Origin: Bacteroidales bacterium
GTDB lineage: Bacteria > Bacteroidota > Bacteroidia > Bacteroidales > VadinHA17
Reading direction: 5' to 3'
Assembly (NCBI GenBank): GCA_025454795.1
Contig: JALONT010000012.1
Location: 6,569-70,568, forward strand
Length of the DNA stretch: 64,000 nt
In this document: in pieces, positions 17,744 to 26,501 of the stretch
Position numbering within the stretch: position 1 is the first letter of the stretch
Layout of the letters: every line of letters starts with the position of its first letter
Notes under the pieces: generated by a model
What the model was told of the DNA's origin: nothing
The model's database searches: none
Seen by the model: the letters and a program-made list of their open reading frames with translations, nothing else
Position numbers and translations under genes: made by a program

Positions 17744-20362
17744 ATGAAAAAAGTTATTTTGCTGGCTGCGCTGATGCCATTTATGGCATCCGGCCAGATA
17801 ATTGAAAATTTCGAATCCGGTAATCTTAATAATTGGATTCAGAGCATTCCAGGACACTGGCAGGCAGATACTGCAGTCAGTCTTAACGGACGTTTTTCAC
17901 TGCATCATGTTTTTGATAATCAGTCAGGCGGTACAGATTGTGCCGGAGTGCCACTGACTGATCTGCATCCCGGGGAGGGAGCAACCCGATGGTCATTCCT
18001 GATAAGACATGGCTGTGATCCCTCGTCATCAAACAACTGGGCCCTGTTCCTTATGTCTGACCTTGATCCTGTTTCTTTTAGCGGAGGATCCCCTGTTAAT
18101 GGTTATACTCTGGGCGTAAATCTTACAGGTTATGATGACACGCTAAGACTCTGGAAAATTAAAAACGGGTCTCCTGTTAAAGTGGTGACATGTCCCTTAA
18201 ACTGGCAGACCCGTATAGGAACAGGTGATGCCGTAAAAATAATTACAGACAGAAGTGAATCAGGTATCTGGACCATTTCGGTTTATGATACCGGGAATAA
18301 TCTTATTTCAGCGGCAACAGGAAATGACAGTGAATTGTTCTCCTCATCCTGGCTCATCCTGAATTACCGTTACACCTCCACCCGCGACATGCTCCTGTGG
18401 TTTGATGATCTGGTGATTGAAGGTGTTTATTATGAAGATAAGTTACCTCCTGAAGTGATTGACTGCCGGATACATGGGAAGAATTCAGCAGAGATATTCT
18501 TTAATGAAGAGCCATCAGAAGCAATAGTGCAGATATCAAATTTCTCTGTCAACGGGAACATGATACCTGAAAGAATTGAAAAGATAAGTCCGTTAAATAT
18601 CAGGTTGATTTTCGAAAATCATTTTAATAACAAAGTAACTAATTATCTGTTATTCAGACATCTATGTGACAATAACGGGAATTGTGAAAGTAATGTCGAA
18701 ATAAAATTTATACCTGTCTGGGCAGAACCCGGCGATGTTATAATTTCTGAAATAATGGCAGATCCGTTTCCTGAGGTTGAACTCCCGGGTAAAGAATATC
18801 TTGAAATATTAAACAGGACACAGTTCTCTTTTGATCTGAAAAAGTGGATACTGGCATCGGAGAACCAGAGTTCTGTTTTCCCTTCTTTGACAATTAATCC
18901 TGGTCAGTTTTTAATTATCTGCCCTGTTGCAGATACATCATTTTTCTCAGGTTATGGTAAGGTTTCCGGATTAAAATCTTTTCCGGCGCTTACCGATGAG
19001 GGCAGGATGATTTATCTGACTGACTCTCTGGGAGATCTGATACATGGATTGGAATATTCTTCAGACTGGTATGGAGATAATCTGAAAGAGACAGGCGGAT
19101 GGTCTCTTGAAATGATCGATCCAAATTATCCTTTTTTCATGGAGAGTAACTGGGCTGCTTCATTATCAAGAACGGGAGGCACGCCCGGAAAATCAAATTC
19201 AGTCTTGTCGACAGAACAGGACAATGTATTTTCAGGGATCATGAATGTATTTCCGGAAGACAGTGTCACGATCATCCTCATATTATCAGAACCGGTAATA
19301 GGCTTTACAGAATATACTGACAGAATTTCAATAGGAGAGGAGCGGATCAGTTCAGTCAGCTCAATAGATCCTTTGTACAGACAGTTCAGCATTTCGACTG
19401 TCAGTCCTTTGAAGCGTGATGTCGTATATTCACTTCTGATATCAGGAGATGTGACAGATTTTGCAGGAAACTCAATCTTAAGAAATAGCTTCAGATTTGG
19501 AATGCCGGCAACAACCGTAAAAGGTGATGTGGTATTTAACGAGCTGCTGTTCAATCCGTTCCCTGATGATCCGGATTATGTTGAGCTTTTTAACTGTTCG
19601 GACAAAGTCATCGATGCTTCCCGTATTTACCTCGCATCAGTTGATCCGCGAACCGGCAGTACTTCTGAAGCAAAAAAGATTACAAATGAACACAGGTGCA
19701 TTATCCCAGGTTCATTTTATGTTGTTACCACTGACCCTGGCAAAGTCATAAGCAGGTATACAGCATCAGACCCTGAGGCTATCTTCATCACTGCGTCTCT
19801 CCCTTCAATGCCTGATGACAGGGGGCATCTGCTCCTTCTGAACAGAGAACTTGATATTATCGATGAAGTCTTATATGACGACGATATGCATTTTCCCCTG
19901 CTTGCTGATAAAGAAGGTATCTCACTCGAAAAGGTCAGGCCGGCGATCTCATCGAATGAAAAAAGCAACTGGCATACTGCTTCTGAATCTTCCGGATGGG
20001 GAACTCCCGGAACAGAAAATTCTGTTTTCAGCTCCATTGCACAGGTCAATGACCTGATATTACTTTCTTCAGGGAAGATATCTCCTGATAATGATGGTTA
20101 TGAGGATGTTCTTGTCATCGACATAAACCTTACAGTCACTGGTAATGTTGTTTCAGTTACAGTTTTTGACGAATCAGGAAATTATATACGGAAGCTGGCC
20201 GAGAATCATTTTGCAGGGAGCAACGCTTCATTTATCTGGGATGGTACAGCAGCTGACGGTTCCCTGGTAAACAGGGGCATTTATATTCTTTTTATAGAGA
20301 TGTATAACGACCACGGCCAAACAAAAAGATGGAAGAAAGTTTGTGCAGTAATTAGAGAATAG
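17744..20362 (+). CDS. secreted lamin-tail-domain (LTD) containing protein with an Ig-like C-terminal domain
   Basis: Signal peptide and two LTD-like segments (ISEIMADPFP..., VFNELLFNPFPDDPDYVELFN). The C-terminal ISPDNDGYEDVLVI... resembles FlgD-Ig / CHU_C-type sorting domains. Confidence 0.65.
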   Translation: MKKVILLAALMPFMASGQIIENFESGNLNNWIQSIPGHWQADTAVSLNGRFSLHHVFDNQSGGTDCAGVPLTDLHPGEGATRWSFLIRHGCDPSSSNNWALFLMSDLDPVSFSGGSPVNGYTLGVNLTGYDDTLRLWKIKNGSPVKVVTCPLNWQTRIGTGDAVKIITDRSESGIWTISVYDTGNNLISAATGNDSELFSSSWLILNYRYTSTRDMLLWFDDLVIEGVYYEDKLPPEVIDCRIHGKNSAEIFFNEEPSEAIVQISNFSVNGNMIPERIEKISPLNIRLIFENHFNNKVTNYLLFRHLCDNNGNCESNVEIKFIPVWAEPGDVIISEIMADPFPEVELPGKEYLEILNRTQFSFDLKKWILASENQSSVFPSLTINPGQFLIICPVADTSFFSGYGKVSGLKSFPALTDEGRMIYLTDSLGDLIHGLEYSSDWYGDNLKETGGWSLEMIDPNYPFFMESNWAASLSRTGGTPGKSNSVLSTEQDNVFSGIMNVFPEDSVTIILILSEPVIGFTEYTDRISIGEERISSVSSIDPLYRQFSISTVSPLKRDVVYSLLISGDVTDFAGNSILRNSFRFGMPATTVKGDVVFNELLFNPFPDDPDYVELFNCSDKVIDASRIYLASVDPRTGSTSEAKKITNEHRCIIPGSFYVVTTDPGKVISRYTASDPEAIFITASLPSMPDDRGHLLLLNRELDIIDEVLYDDDMHFPLLADKEGISLEKVRPAISSNEKSNWHTASESSGWGTPGTENSVFSSIAQVNDLILLSSGKISPDNDGYEDVLVIDINLTVTGNVVSVTVFDESGNYIRKLAENHFAGSNASFIWDGTAADGSLVNRGIYILFIEMYNDHGQTKRWKKVCAVIRE

Positions 20363-20368
20363 TTTTTC

Positions 20369-20849
20369 TACCACAAAGGATCACAAAGGATAACTCAAAG
20401 AAGCACAAAGGAAAAATCAAAAAACCTTGACATATGAATAATGAAGAAATTTTCAAGAAAATATTGGACTGTTCTTTTTTGGTTCATACTGCGTTAGGAC
20501 CTGGGTTGCTAGAAAGTGCTTATACTGAATGCTTGAATTATGAACTTCTGCAATCAGGGTTGAGAGTAGAAAAACAAAAACCATTACCTCTGATTTATAA
20601 AGAAGTGAATCTTGAAGCAGGTTACCGGATAGATTTGTTAGTTGAGGGTTCAATTGTTATTGAAATCAAATTCGTAGAGGCCTTAGCAGATATCCATATG
20701 GCTCAAATACTTACTTATATGAAACTGACAAAATGCAGATTAGGTTTACTGGCAAACTTCAATGTTCTACACTTTAAATCCGGATTTAAAAGGGTAATTA
20801 TTTAATCCTTTGTGTCCCTTCGTGATGTACTTAGTGTCCCTTTGTGGTA
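20369..20849. mobile_element. candidate miniature cassette: GxxExxY gene bracketed by 44-bp imperfect terminal inverted repeats built from CACAAAGG / CCTTTGTG octamers
   Basis: The left repeat (20369-20412) and the reverse complement of the right repeat (20806-20849) have equal length and match at 33/44 positions. The outer 11 nt (TACCACAAAGG) and inner 9 nt (CACAAAGGA) are identical. The cassette occupies the whole convergent spacer. Confidence 0.4.
20434..20805 (+). CDS. GxxExxY protein (PD-(D/E)XK nuclease-fold family)
   Basis: GPGLLESAYTECL contains the eponymous G-x-x-E-x-x-Y, followed by a D...E-x-K-like core (RIDLLVEGSIVIEIK). 123 aa, the typical size. Confidence 0.85.
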   Translation: MNNEEIFKKILDCSFLVHTALGPGLLESAYTECLNYELLQSGLRVEKQKPLPLIYKEVNLEAGYRIDLLVEGSIVIEIKFVEALADIHMAQILTYMKLTKCRLGLLANFNVLHFKSGFKRVII

Positions 20850-20855
20850 AAAAAA

Positions 20856-21671
20856 TCAAAGTGACGATATCATCTCAGTCATGATAGTTGTCATCCGATC
20901 TTCGCTTTTAGCGGCCTCATCAAGAACAGACTGATGAGTTGTGTATTCGATTTTCCCTTCAATTCCAAGATCAGTTATGATACTTACTGCGAAACATGGA
21001 AGGTTCATGTGTCGTGCAATAATCACCTCAGGAGTTGTCGACATTCCTACCGCATCAGCGCCAATGATCCTGAAATATTTGTATTCGGCCGGAGTCTCGA
21101 ATGTAGGACCGCTTGTTGAAAGATAAACCCCTTTATGAACCCTGATCTTATTCTCCTGTGCAATCAACAATGCTTTTTTGATCAGATACCTGTCATATGT
21201 TTCACCCATATCCGGAAACCGGGCTCCGATACGGGCATCGTTAGGGCCGATAAGCGGATTTGGCAGCAGGTTTATATGATCTGTTATTATCATGATATCG
21301 CCTATCTGGAAAGAAGGATTAACACCGCCTGCCGCATTCGAAAGAAAGAGGCATTTTATTCCAAGGTATTTGAGTACTCTCACGGGTAATGCAACCTGCT
21401 CCGGACCATACCCTTCATAGTAATGAAACCGACCCTTCATAGCTACAATTTTCTTTCTTCCGAAATCGCCATAGATCAGCTTTCCGGCATGTCCCTCCAC
21501 AGTTGAGACCGGGAAATTGGGTATATCCTTATAATCGATCTCAATGCTGTTTTCAATTTTTGAAGTCAGTCCTCCAAGACCGGTACCAAGTATTATTCCT
21601 GCATCAGGATTGGTTATTCCTTTTGCTTTAAGAAACTCTGTTGTTTCGTTTATTTTTTCTAACATAGTCAA
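20856..21671 (-). CDS. purine nucleoside phosphorylase (trimeric PNP/MTAP family)
   Basis: GTGLGGL and VGMSTTPEVIIARH motifs. The start is at 21671 or 21665 and overlaps the lpxK 3' end. Confidence 0.9.
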   Translation of the reverse strand: MTMLEKINETTEFLKAKGITNPDAGIILGTGLGGLTSKIENSIEIDYKDIPNFPVSTVEGHAGKLIYGDFGRKKIVAMKGRFHYYEGYGPEQVALPVRVLKYLGIKCLFLSNAAGGVNPSFQIGDIMIITDHINLLPNPLIGPNDARIGARFPDMGETYDRYLIKKALLIAQENKIRVHKGVYLSTSGPTFETPAEYKYFRIIGADAVGMSTTPEVIIARHMNLPCFAVSIITDLGIEGKIEYTTHQSVLDEAAKSEDRMTTIMTEMISSL

Positions 21672-22722
21672 CTATCAGATTATCAAACTCATCTTGATCG
21701 TCATTCAGAAATTTTGTCCCAACAGGGATATAGTAAAACGACGATTTTACTGGTTCTGCAAAATTAGTAAATTCCTGCAACCTGACTGCATCTTTTTCAG
21801 TGGTAATGACATACTTCTGTTGTGATCTGAGACTGGCCCATGCATCACTGATCTTATTAACATCATTCAAAGTGAAGAGATGATGATCACCAAACTGAAG
21901 ATGAATGATTTCATTGAAACTTTTTCCAAGGTATTCATAAAAAGGTTTTGGATTGGCAATTCCTGTTACCAGCACAATTCCACACGAGCTACTGTCATCC
22001 GGGAATGATGGGGTTGCTTCCTGAAGGTGATTTCCAAAGACCGGAACAGGATCTTTGTAGGTTATTGATGTAAAATAAAGGTTCTGGTAAGGAGCCTTAT
22101 GGATCTCCTTTACAATCAGTCTTCGCTGTATAGGAGAAATTTTTTCCGGCGATTTGGTTACAAGAATAATATCAGCCCTATCCATATTATTGATGCTTTC
22201 CCTGAGGTTCCCGTAAGGAAGGAGATGATCTCGTATCATCAGCCTGTCAAAATCTGAAAGAAGTATTGAAAAGCCTGGAGTTATTTTTCGGTGCTGAAAT
22301 CCATCATCCAGAATGATAACTTCCGTTTCGGGTTTTTCTTTCAATATCTTTTCTATACCGCGAACCCTGTTCCGGTCCACAGCAACGGTAATATCAGGGA
22401 GCTTCCTGAATATCTGCATCGGCTCATCGCCGATGTCGCTAACTTTGGAATTCGCATCAGCGAACATGAAACCGGATGATTTTCTTTTATATCCCCTGCT
22501 CAGGATCACCACACTGAAACTTCTTTTCAGCAGTTCGGCAAGATATTCAGTATGAGGTGTTTTGCCTGTTCCCCCGATTGTCAGATTCCCAACACATATC
22601 AGAGGGATGCTGAATTCCTGCGATTTAAGGATCTCCGCGTTATAGAGGAAATTCCTTATGGATGTGACCAATCCATAAAGAAGTGAGAACGGGTAAAGAA
22701 GAATACTCCTCTGATATGACAT
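21628..22722 (-). CDS. lpxK: tetraacyldisaccharide 4'-kinase
   Basis: P-loop GNLTIGGTGKTP; 364 aa. Confidence 0.9.
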   Translation of the reverse strand: MSYQRSILLYPFSLLYGLVTSIRNFLYNAEILKSQEFSIPLICVGNLTIGGTGKTPHTEYLAELLKRSFSVVILSRGYKRKSSGFMFADANSKVSDIGDEPMQIFRKLPDITVAVDRNRVRGIEKILKEKPETEVIILDDGFQHRKITPGFSILLSDFDRLMIRDHLLPYGNLRESINNMDRADIILVTKSPEKISPIQRRLIVKEIHKAPYQNLYFTSITYKDPVPVFGNHLQEATPSFPDDSSSCGIVLVTGIANPKPFYEYLGKSFNEIIHLQFGDHHLFTLNDVNKISDAWASLRSQQKYVITTEKDAVRLQEFTNFAEPVKSSFYYIPVGTKFLNDDQDEFDNLIVDYVRKNKRNNRVS

Positions 22723-22725
22723 ATA

Positions 22726-24498
22726 TTAATGGATCTCAATAAAATATGGTAAACGTGCCTGGATTCCCGACAAATCCCTGATCTCAAGAAGTTCATTATA
22801 AATTCTCAATGATTCCCCAAGCTCCTTTTTAAGAAGGTTTAAGCGTACTTCGCCAGTGAGTTGATTCAGCAGTTTCATATAAGGATCCTCAACAACAGGA
22901 AGTTCTCTTATGGAATAAGTTTCAAGACCTGCAAGTTCAGCAGCCCCTTTTACAGCATCTTTTAAGCCCCCAAGTTCGTCAACCAGGCCGATCTTCCGGG
23001 CACTTTTTCCACTCCATACACGACCCTGTCCGATACTGTCAACTGATTCAACAGACATTTTTCTTCCTGCAGCAACTTTGCTGACAAAATCACTGTAAGC
23101 CTTTTCAATACGGATCTGCATGACTTCTTTTTCATAAACGCTCATCGATCTGTATATTGATGGGAAATCTGAGTTTTGGTTTGTATTTACGGTTTCGGTG
23201 GAGATTCCAAGTTTCTGTTCCATAAGTTTTCCGGTATTCGGAATCAGGCCAAAAACCCCGATAGATCCTGAAATTGTTGTCGGATCTGCATAGATCTTTG
23301 TGCCTGGCGCTGAGATATAATAGCCACCTGAAGCAGCATAATTGCCCATGGATATTACAACAGGTTTGGCTCTGGCAGCAAGCTCCATCTCTCTCCAGAT
23401 AATGTCGGAAGCTGTATTAATACCACCCGGAGAATTCACCCGCATAACAATAGCTTTGACTGTAGTGTCGAGCCGCTCTTTTCTGATGATATCAGAATAG
23501 TTATTCCCTCCGATATTATAATCAGTCCCTTTACCCATTACTATTGTACCGGAAGCATAAATCACAGCAATTCTGTTTTTTGCAGAAAAACTCTTTCCCG
23601 GATCCGGCACTTTAGTGTATTTAGACATTGAAACGAGATTGATCTTATCCCTGGTTGTAAGTCCCGACAAAATTTTCAGGGTATCGTTCAGCTGATCACG
23701 GAAAAGCAAACCATCAACAAGCTTGCTTTCAAAAGCTCCGGTTGCTATATTCCCGGCAAGTTTGTCAGCCAGCTGGTTAAGCTGTTCCTGCGGTATCCCT
23801 CTTGATTCAGAGATCTTTTCGACGATATGGTTCCAGATTGAACCCACATAATCAGTGATCTGTGCTTTGTTTTCATCACTCAGTTTCTCAAGGATATAGG
23901 GTTCAACTGCTCCTTTAAATTTCCCGTGACGGGTAACCTGCACCTCAATACCAAGCTTTTCGAGAGCTTTTTTATAAAACATCACTTCTCCGCTTAAGCC
24001 TTTGAAATCAACCATCGAGGACGGGTGGATGTATATCTCATCAGCGATTGTAGAAAGATAATAACCTTCCTGCTGAAGCACATAATCAGAATATGAGATT
24101 ATGAATTTACCACTCTCCACCCTGAATTTATTCAGTGCATTCCTTATCTCTTCTGTCGTTGCCCATCCAGAGGGAAGAAGCCCGTTCTCTATCAGAATTC
24201 CTTTTATTTTCGGATCTGAAGCAGCTTTTTCCAGATTGAGGAGTATTTCATTGAGGCCCGGGTTAGGGGAAAAAGTCATGTTAATGATGTCAAGGCCGGC
24301 TAAAGGATTTGTATCGCCACGATCAGGAATAGGTACACCGGCTTTCAGCACCAATATTGAATTTTGACTGATCGAAGCAGGTTTATCACCCGACGCGACC
24401 ATTATGCTGAGGCTTGCCAGCATAATGAAGAAGAGGGTGAATGACGCAATAATGATTCCGGTTATGGTAGCTAATGTGTAGATCAGGAAATTTTTCAT
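22726..24498 (-). CDS. sppA: signal peptide peptidase SppA, 67K type
   Basis: N-terminal TM anchor, duplicated ClpP/crotonase-like halves, and GNYAASGGYYIS serine motif. Confidence 0.9.
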   Translation of the reverse strand: MKNFLIYTLATITGIIIASFTLFFIMLASLSIMVASGDKPASISQNSILVLKAGVPIPDRGDTNPLAGLDIINMTFSPNPGLNEILLNLEKAASDPKIKGILIENGLLPSGWATTEEIRNALNKFRVESGKFIISYSDYVLQQEGYYLSTIADEIYIHPSSMVDFKGLSGEVMFYKKALEKLGIEVQVTRHGKFKGAVEPYILEKLSDENKAQITDYVGSIWNHIVEKISESRGIPQEQLNQLADKLAGNIATGAFESKLVDGLLFRDQLNDTLKILSGLTTRDKINLVSMSKYTKVPDPGKSFSAKNRIAVIYASGTIVMGKGTDYNIGGNNYSDIIRKERLDTTVKAIVMRVNSPGGINTASDIIWREMELAARAKPVVISMGNYAASGGYYISAPGTKIYADPTTISGSIGVFGLIPNTGKLMEQKLGISTETVNTNQNSDFPSIYRSMSVYEKEVMQIRIEKAYSDFVSKVAAGRKMSVESVDSIGQGRVWSGKSARKIGLVDELGGLKDAVKGAAELAGLETYSIRELPVVEDPYMKLLNQLTGEVRLNLLKKELGESLRIYNELLEIRDLSGIQARLPYFIEIH

Positions 24499-24574
24499 TT
24501 TTGAAATAGCTTATGAAATGGGTTTTAAATATATAAAAAAGCCGATGATTATTTTAAGATGTTGTATGATTTAA

Positions 24575-24582
24575 TACATTTG
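24575..24582 (+). promoter_or_regulatory. -7 box TACATTTG (TAnnTTTG) for folK
   Basis: Exact consensus 18 nt before the ATG at 24601. It lies inside the longer track ORF, which argues for the 24601 start. Confidence 0.45.
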
Positions 24583-24600
24583 ATCCGGGGTAGATTACTT

Positions 24601-25104
24601 ATGAAGAGGGTATTTCTGGGAATCGGGTCAAATCTTGGCAAAAGAAAGAACAATATTCTGGAGGCCGTTGAAAGGATAAGGGAATTAGTTGGACCTGTCA
24701 TTAATTCTTCTTCTATATATGAAACAGAGCCATGGGGGTTCAGGAGCAAGAAATATTTTCTGAATATGGTTATTGAAGTGGAAACAAAACTTAAACCTTC
24801 AGGGCTCCTGGGAAGATTACTGATGATCGAATCTCTTCTTGGAAGAGTCAGAGAAGGGAAGAAGTATACATCAAGGATTATTGATCTTGATATTCTGCTG
24901 TACAATGATAAGGTGCTGGAGAGTAGTGCCCTGGTTATTCCTCATCCCATGATCCGGGAAAGGAAGTTTGTCCTGGTTCCGTTATGTGAAATTGCACCCG
25001 ATATTGTTCATCCAGTAATGAAAAAAACGATTAGCGAATTGCTGAAGGATTGCCAGGATAAAAGCAAGATCAGACCGCACGACCTTACGACCGCAAGACC
25101 TTAA
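24601..25104 (+). CDS. folK: 2-amino-4-hydroxy-6-hydroxymethyldihydropteridine diphosphokinase (HPPK)
   Basis: MKRVFLGIGSNLG start, ETEPWG, IDLDILLY, and PHPMIRERKFVLVPL. The last ~11 codons and the stop lie in the octamer array. Confidence 0.9.
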   Translation: MKRVFLGIGSNLGKRKNNILEAVERIRELVGPVINSSSIYETEPWGFRSKKYFLNMVIEVETKLKPSGLLGRLLMIESLLGRVREGKKYTSRIIDLDILLYNDKVLESSALVIPHPMIRERKFVLVPLCEIAPDIVHPVMKKTISELLKDCQDKSKIRPHDLTTARP

Positions 25105-25235
25105 GACCGCAAGACCGCAAGACTGCAAGACTGCAAGACCGCAAGACTGCAAGACTGCAAGACCGCAAGACTGCAAGACCGCAAGACCTTAAGACCGCAC
25201 GACCGCAAGACCTTAAGACCGCACGACCGCACGAC
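25073..25235. repeat. tandem array of 20 in-phase 8-bp units (GACCGCAA and variants GACTGCAA / GACCTTAA / GACCGCAC / GACCTTAC)
   Basis: Hand-parsed units start at 25073 and recur every 8 nt without any indel. A degenerate 21st unit (GACAATTA) contains the radC stop. The array fills the folK/radC convergent spacer. Confidence 0.95.
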
Positions 25236-25237
25236 AA

Positions 25238-25921
25238 TTAAAGTACTCCGTTATCCGCAAAACTATAGTAATCTTTCTCTGAGATTATGAGATGATCAAG
25301 AAGTTGAATATCCATAAGATTTCCGGCCTCTTTTATCTTCCGGGTGATATTTGTATCCGATTCACTCGGATTCAGGTTCCCTGAAGGGTGGTTATGACAG
25401 ACTATGATGCCTGAAGCAAGATATTCGATGGCTTTCTTCATTACTATTCTCACATCAGTAACCGTCCCGCTGACCCCTCCCTGACTCAGTTTCATCCTGT
25501 TTATCACCTTATTGGATCTGTTGAGAAAAAGTATCCAGAACTCTTCATGCAGAAGGTCGGAGAGGAGCGGCTTGAAGATATCTGCAACATCCTTTGAGCA
25601 GCGGATCTGAAGTACATCTTCAGCTTCCGCAAGTTTTCGTCTTCTTCCCAGCTCCAGTGCAGCAGCAATTGTTACAGCCCTTGCAGGTCCTATCCCGTGT
25701 AATTTTCTCAGATCTGAAAGGGCAAGCTTCCCAAGAGTATTAAGGTTATTATTTACCATGTTCAGCAATTCTCTTCCAAGATCGACAGCCGATTTATTCT
25801 TAGTGCCTGAACTGATAAGTATGGCAAGTAGTTCGGCATCACTCAGACTGGCAGTACCTTTCTGAATAAGCTTTTCCCTGGGTCTGTCCTCAGCAGCCCA
25901 GTCAGTGATTTTTAGCGACAT
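25238..25921 (-). CDS. radC: RadC-family JAB/MPN-domain protein (UPF0758)
   Basis: HhH N-terminal region and JAMM motif HNHPSG...SESD. Confidence 0.9.
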   Translation of the reverse strand: MSLKITDWAAEDRPREKLIQKGTASLSDAELLAILISSGTKNKSAVDLGRELLNMVNNNLNTLGKLALSDLRKLHGIGPARAVTIAAALELGRRRKLAEAEDVLQIRCSKDVADIFKPLLSDLLHEEFWILFLNRSNKVINRMKLSQGGVSGTVTDVRIVMKKAIEYLASGIIVCHNHPSGNLNPSESDTNITRKIKEAGNLMDIQLLDHLIISEKDYYSFADNGVL

Positions 25922-25968
25922 ACAGCGAATATTGATATTCCGTATGCAAGATAAGAAAACGGCAGGAA

Positions 25969-25996
25969 ATAAAAAAGGGACTGAAAACAGCCCCTT
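25969..25996 (-). terminator. Rho-independent terminator of rpsT
   Basis: On the minus strand, AAGGGGCTG-TTTT-CAGTCCCTT (one mismatch) followed by a T-run. Confidence 0.6.
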
Positions 25997-26021
25997 AAAA
26001 TATTATTATGAATAAAAAATA

Positions 26022-26276
26022 CTACTTAAGATTTTTTACATGCTTTTCTACCGATGATTTCAGGTTTGAAGCTTTGTTGCTGTGAATGATGTTCTTCTTT
26101 GCAAGTCTGTCAAGCATTGAATTCATTTTAGGAAGAAGCTCTGCAGCCTCTTTTTTACTTGTTATGGACCGGATTTCCTTCAGGGCATTACGCATTGTTT
26201 TTGCATGATACTTGTTGCTCTCATTTTTACCAACGGTCTGCCTGATCCTTTTTTCTGATGACTTATGATTTGCCAT
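26022..26276 (-). CDS. rpsT: 30S ribosomal protein S20
   Basis: MANHKSSEKRIRQ N-terminus; 84 aa and basic. Confidence 0.95.
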   Translation of the reverse strand: MANHKSSEKRIRQTVGKNESNKYHAKTMRNALKEIRSITSKKEAAELLPKMNSMLDRLAKKNIIHSNKASNLKSSVEKHVKNLK

Positions 26277-26307
26277 TATTTTATATTATTTGTCTTTTTT
26301 ATGGGTG

Positions 26308-26315
26308 CAAAGATA
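26308..26315 (-). promoter_or_regulatory. -7 box TATCTTTG (TAnnTTTG) for rpsT
   Basis: Exact consensus on the minus strand, 31 nt upstream of the rpsT ATG. Confidence 0.45.
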
Positions 26316-26464
26316 ATCATATTTTTTTATCTGACAAAAACCCTTATTGTCTTAACTACAACAATTTAAAATTAACCCGCCTTCATTGATGGGAATTGCA
26401 ACTGATGATGATATAAAGATTACTTTTAAAGTTGTTTATTAAGAATATTAAGTACAGTATCTGT

Positions 26465-26501
26465 ATAAAAACTCAATAGGGGCTGATTCAAAAGCCCCTA
26501 T
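26465..26501 (-). terminator. probable Rho-independent terminator ending the DUF5684-gene transcript
   Basis: Perfect 9-bp stem ATAGGGGCT/AGCCCCTAT with an 8-nt loop, followed on the minus strand by TGAGTTTTTA. Confidence 0.55.

Noticed and set aside
21628-21671. 44-nt overlap between the lpxK 3' end and the pnp start, as a possible frameshift or fusion
   Set aside because: Both proteins are full length with intact termini. Overlaps of this size with an alternative internal ATG (21665) are common in compact operons.
24982-25176. 64-aa minus-strand ORF (MQSCGLAVLQSCGLAVL...)
   Set aside because: It is purely a translation of the octamer array. The periodic peptide is an artefact of the repeat, and the ORF overlaps the folK 3' end.
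25073-25235. Possible CRISPR array, given the highly regular short repeats
   Set aside because: The units are only 8 bp and directly abut one another with no spacers. No cas genes are in the window. It is a microsatellite-like tandem array.
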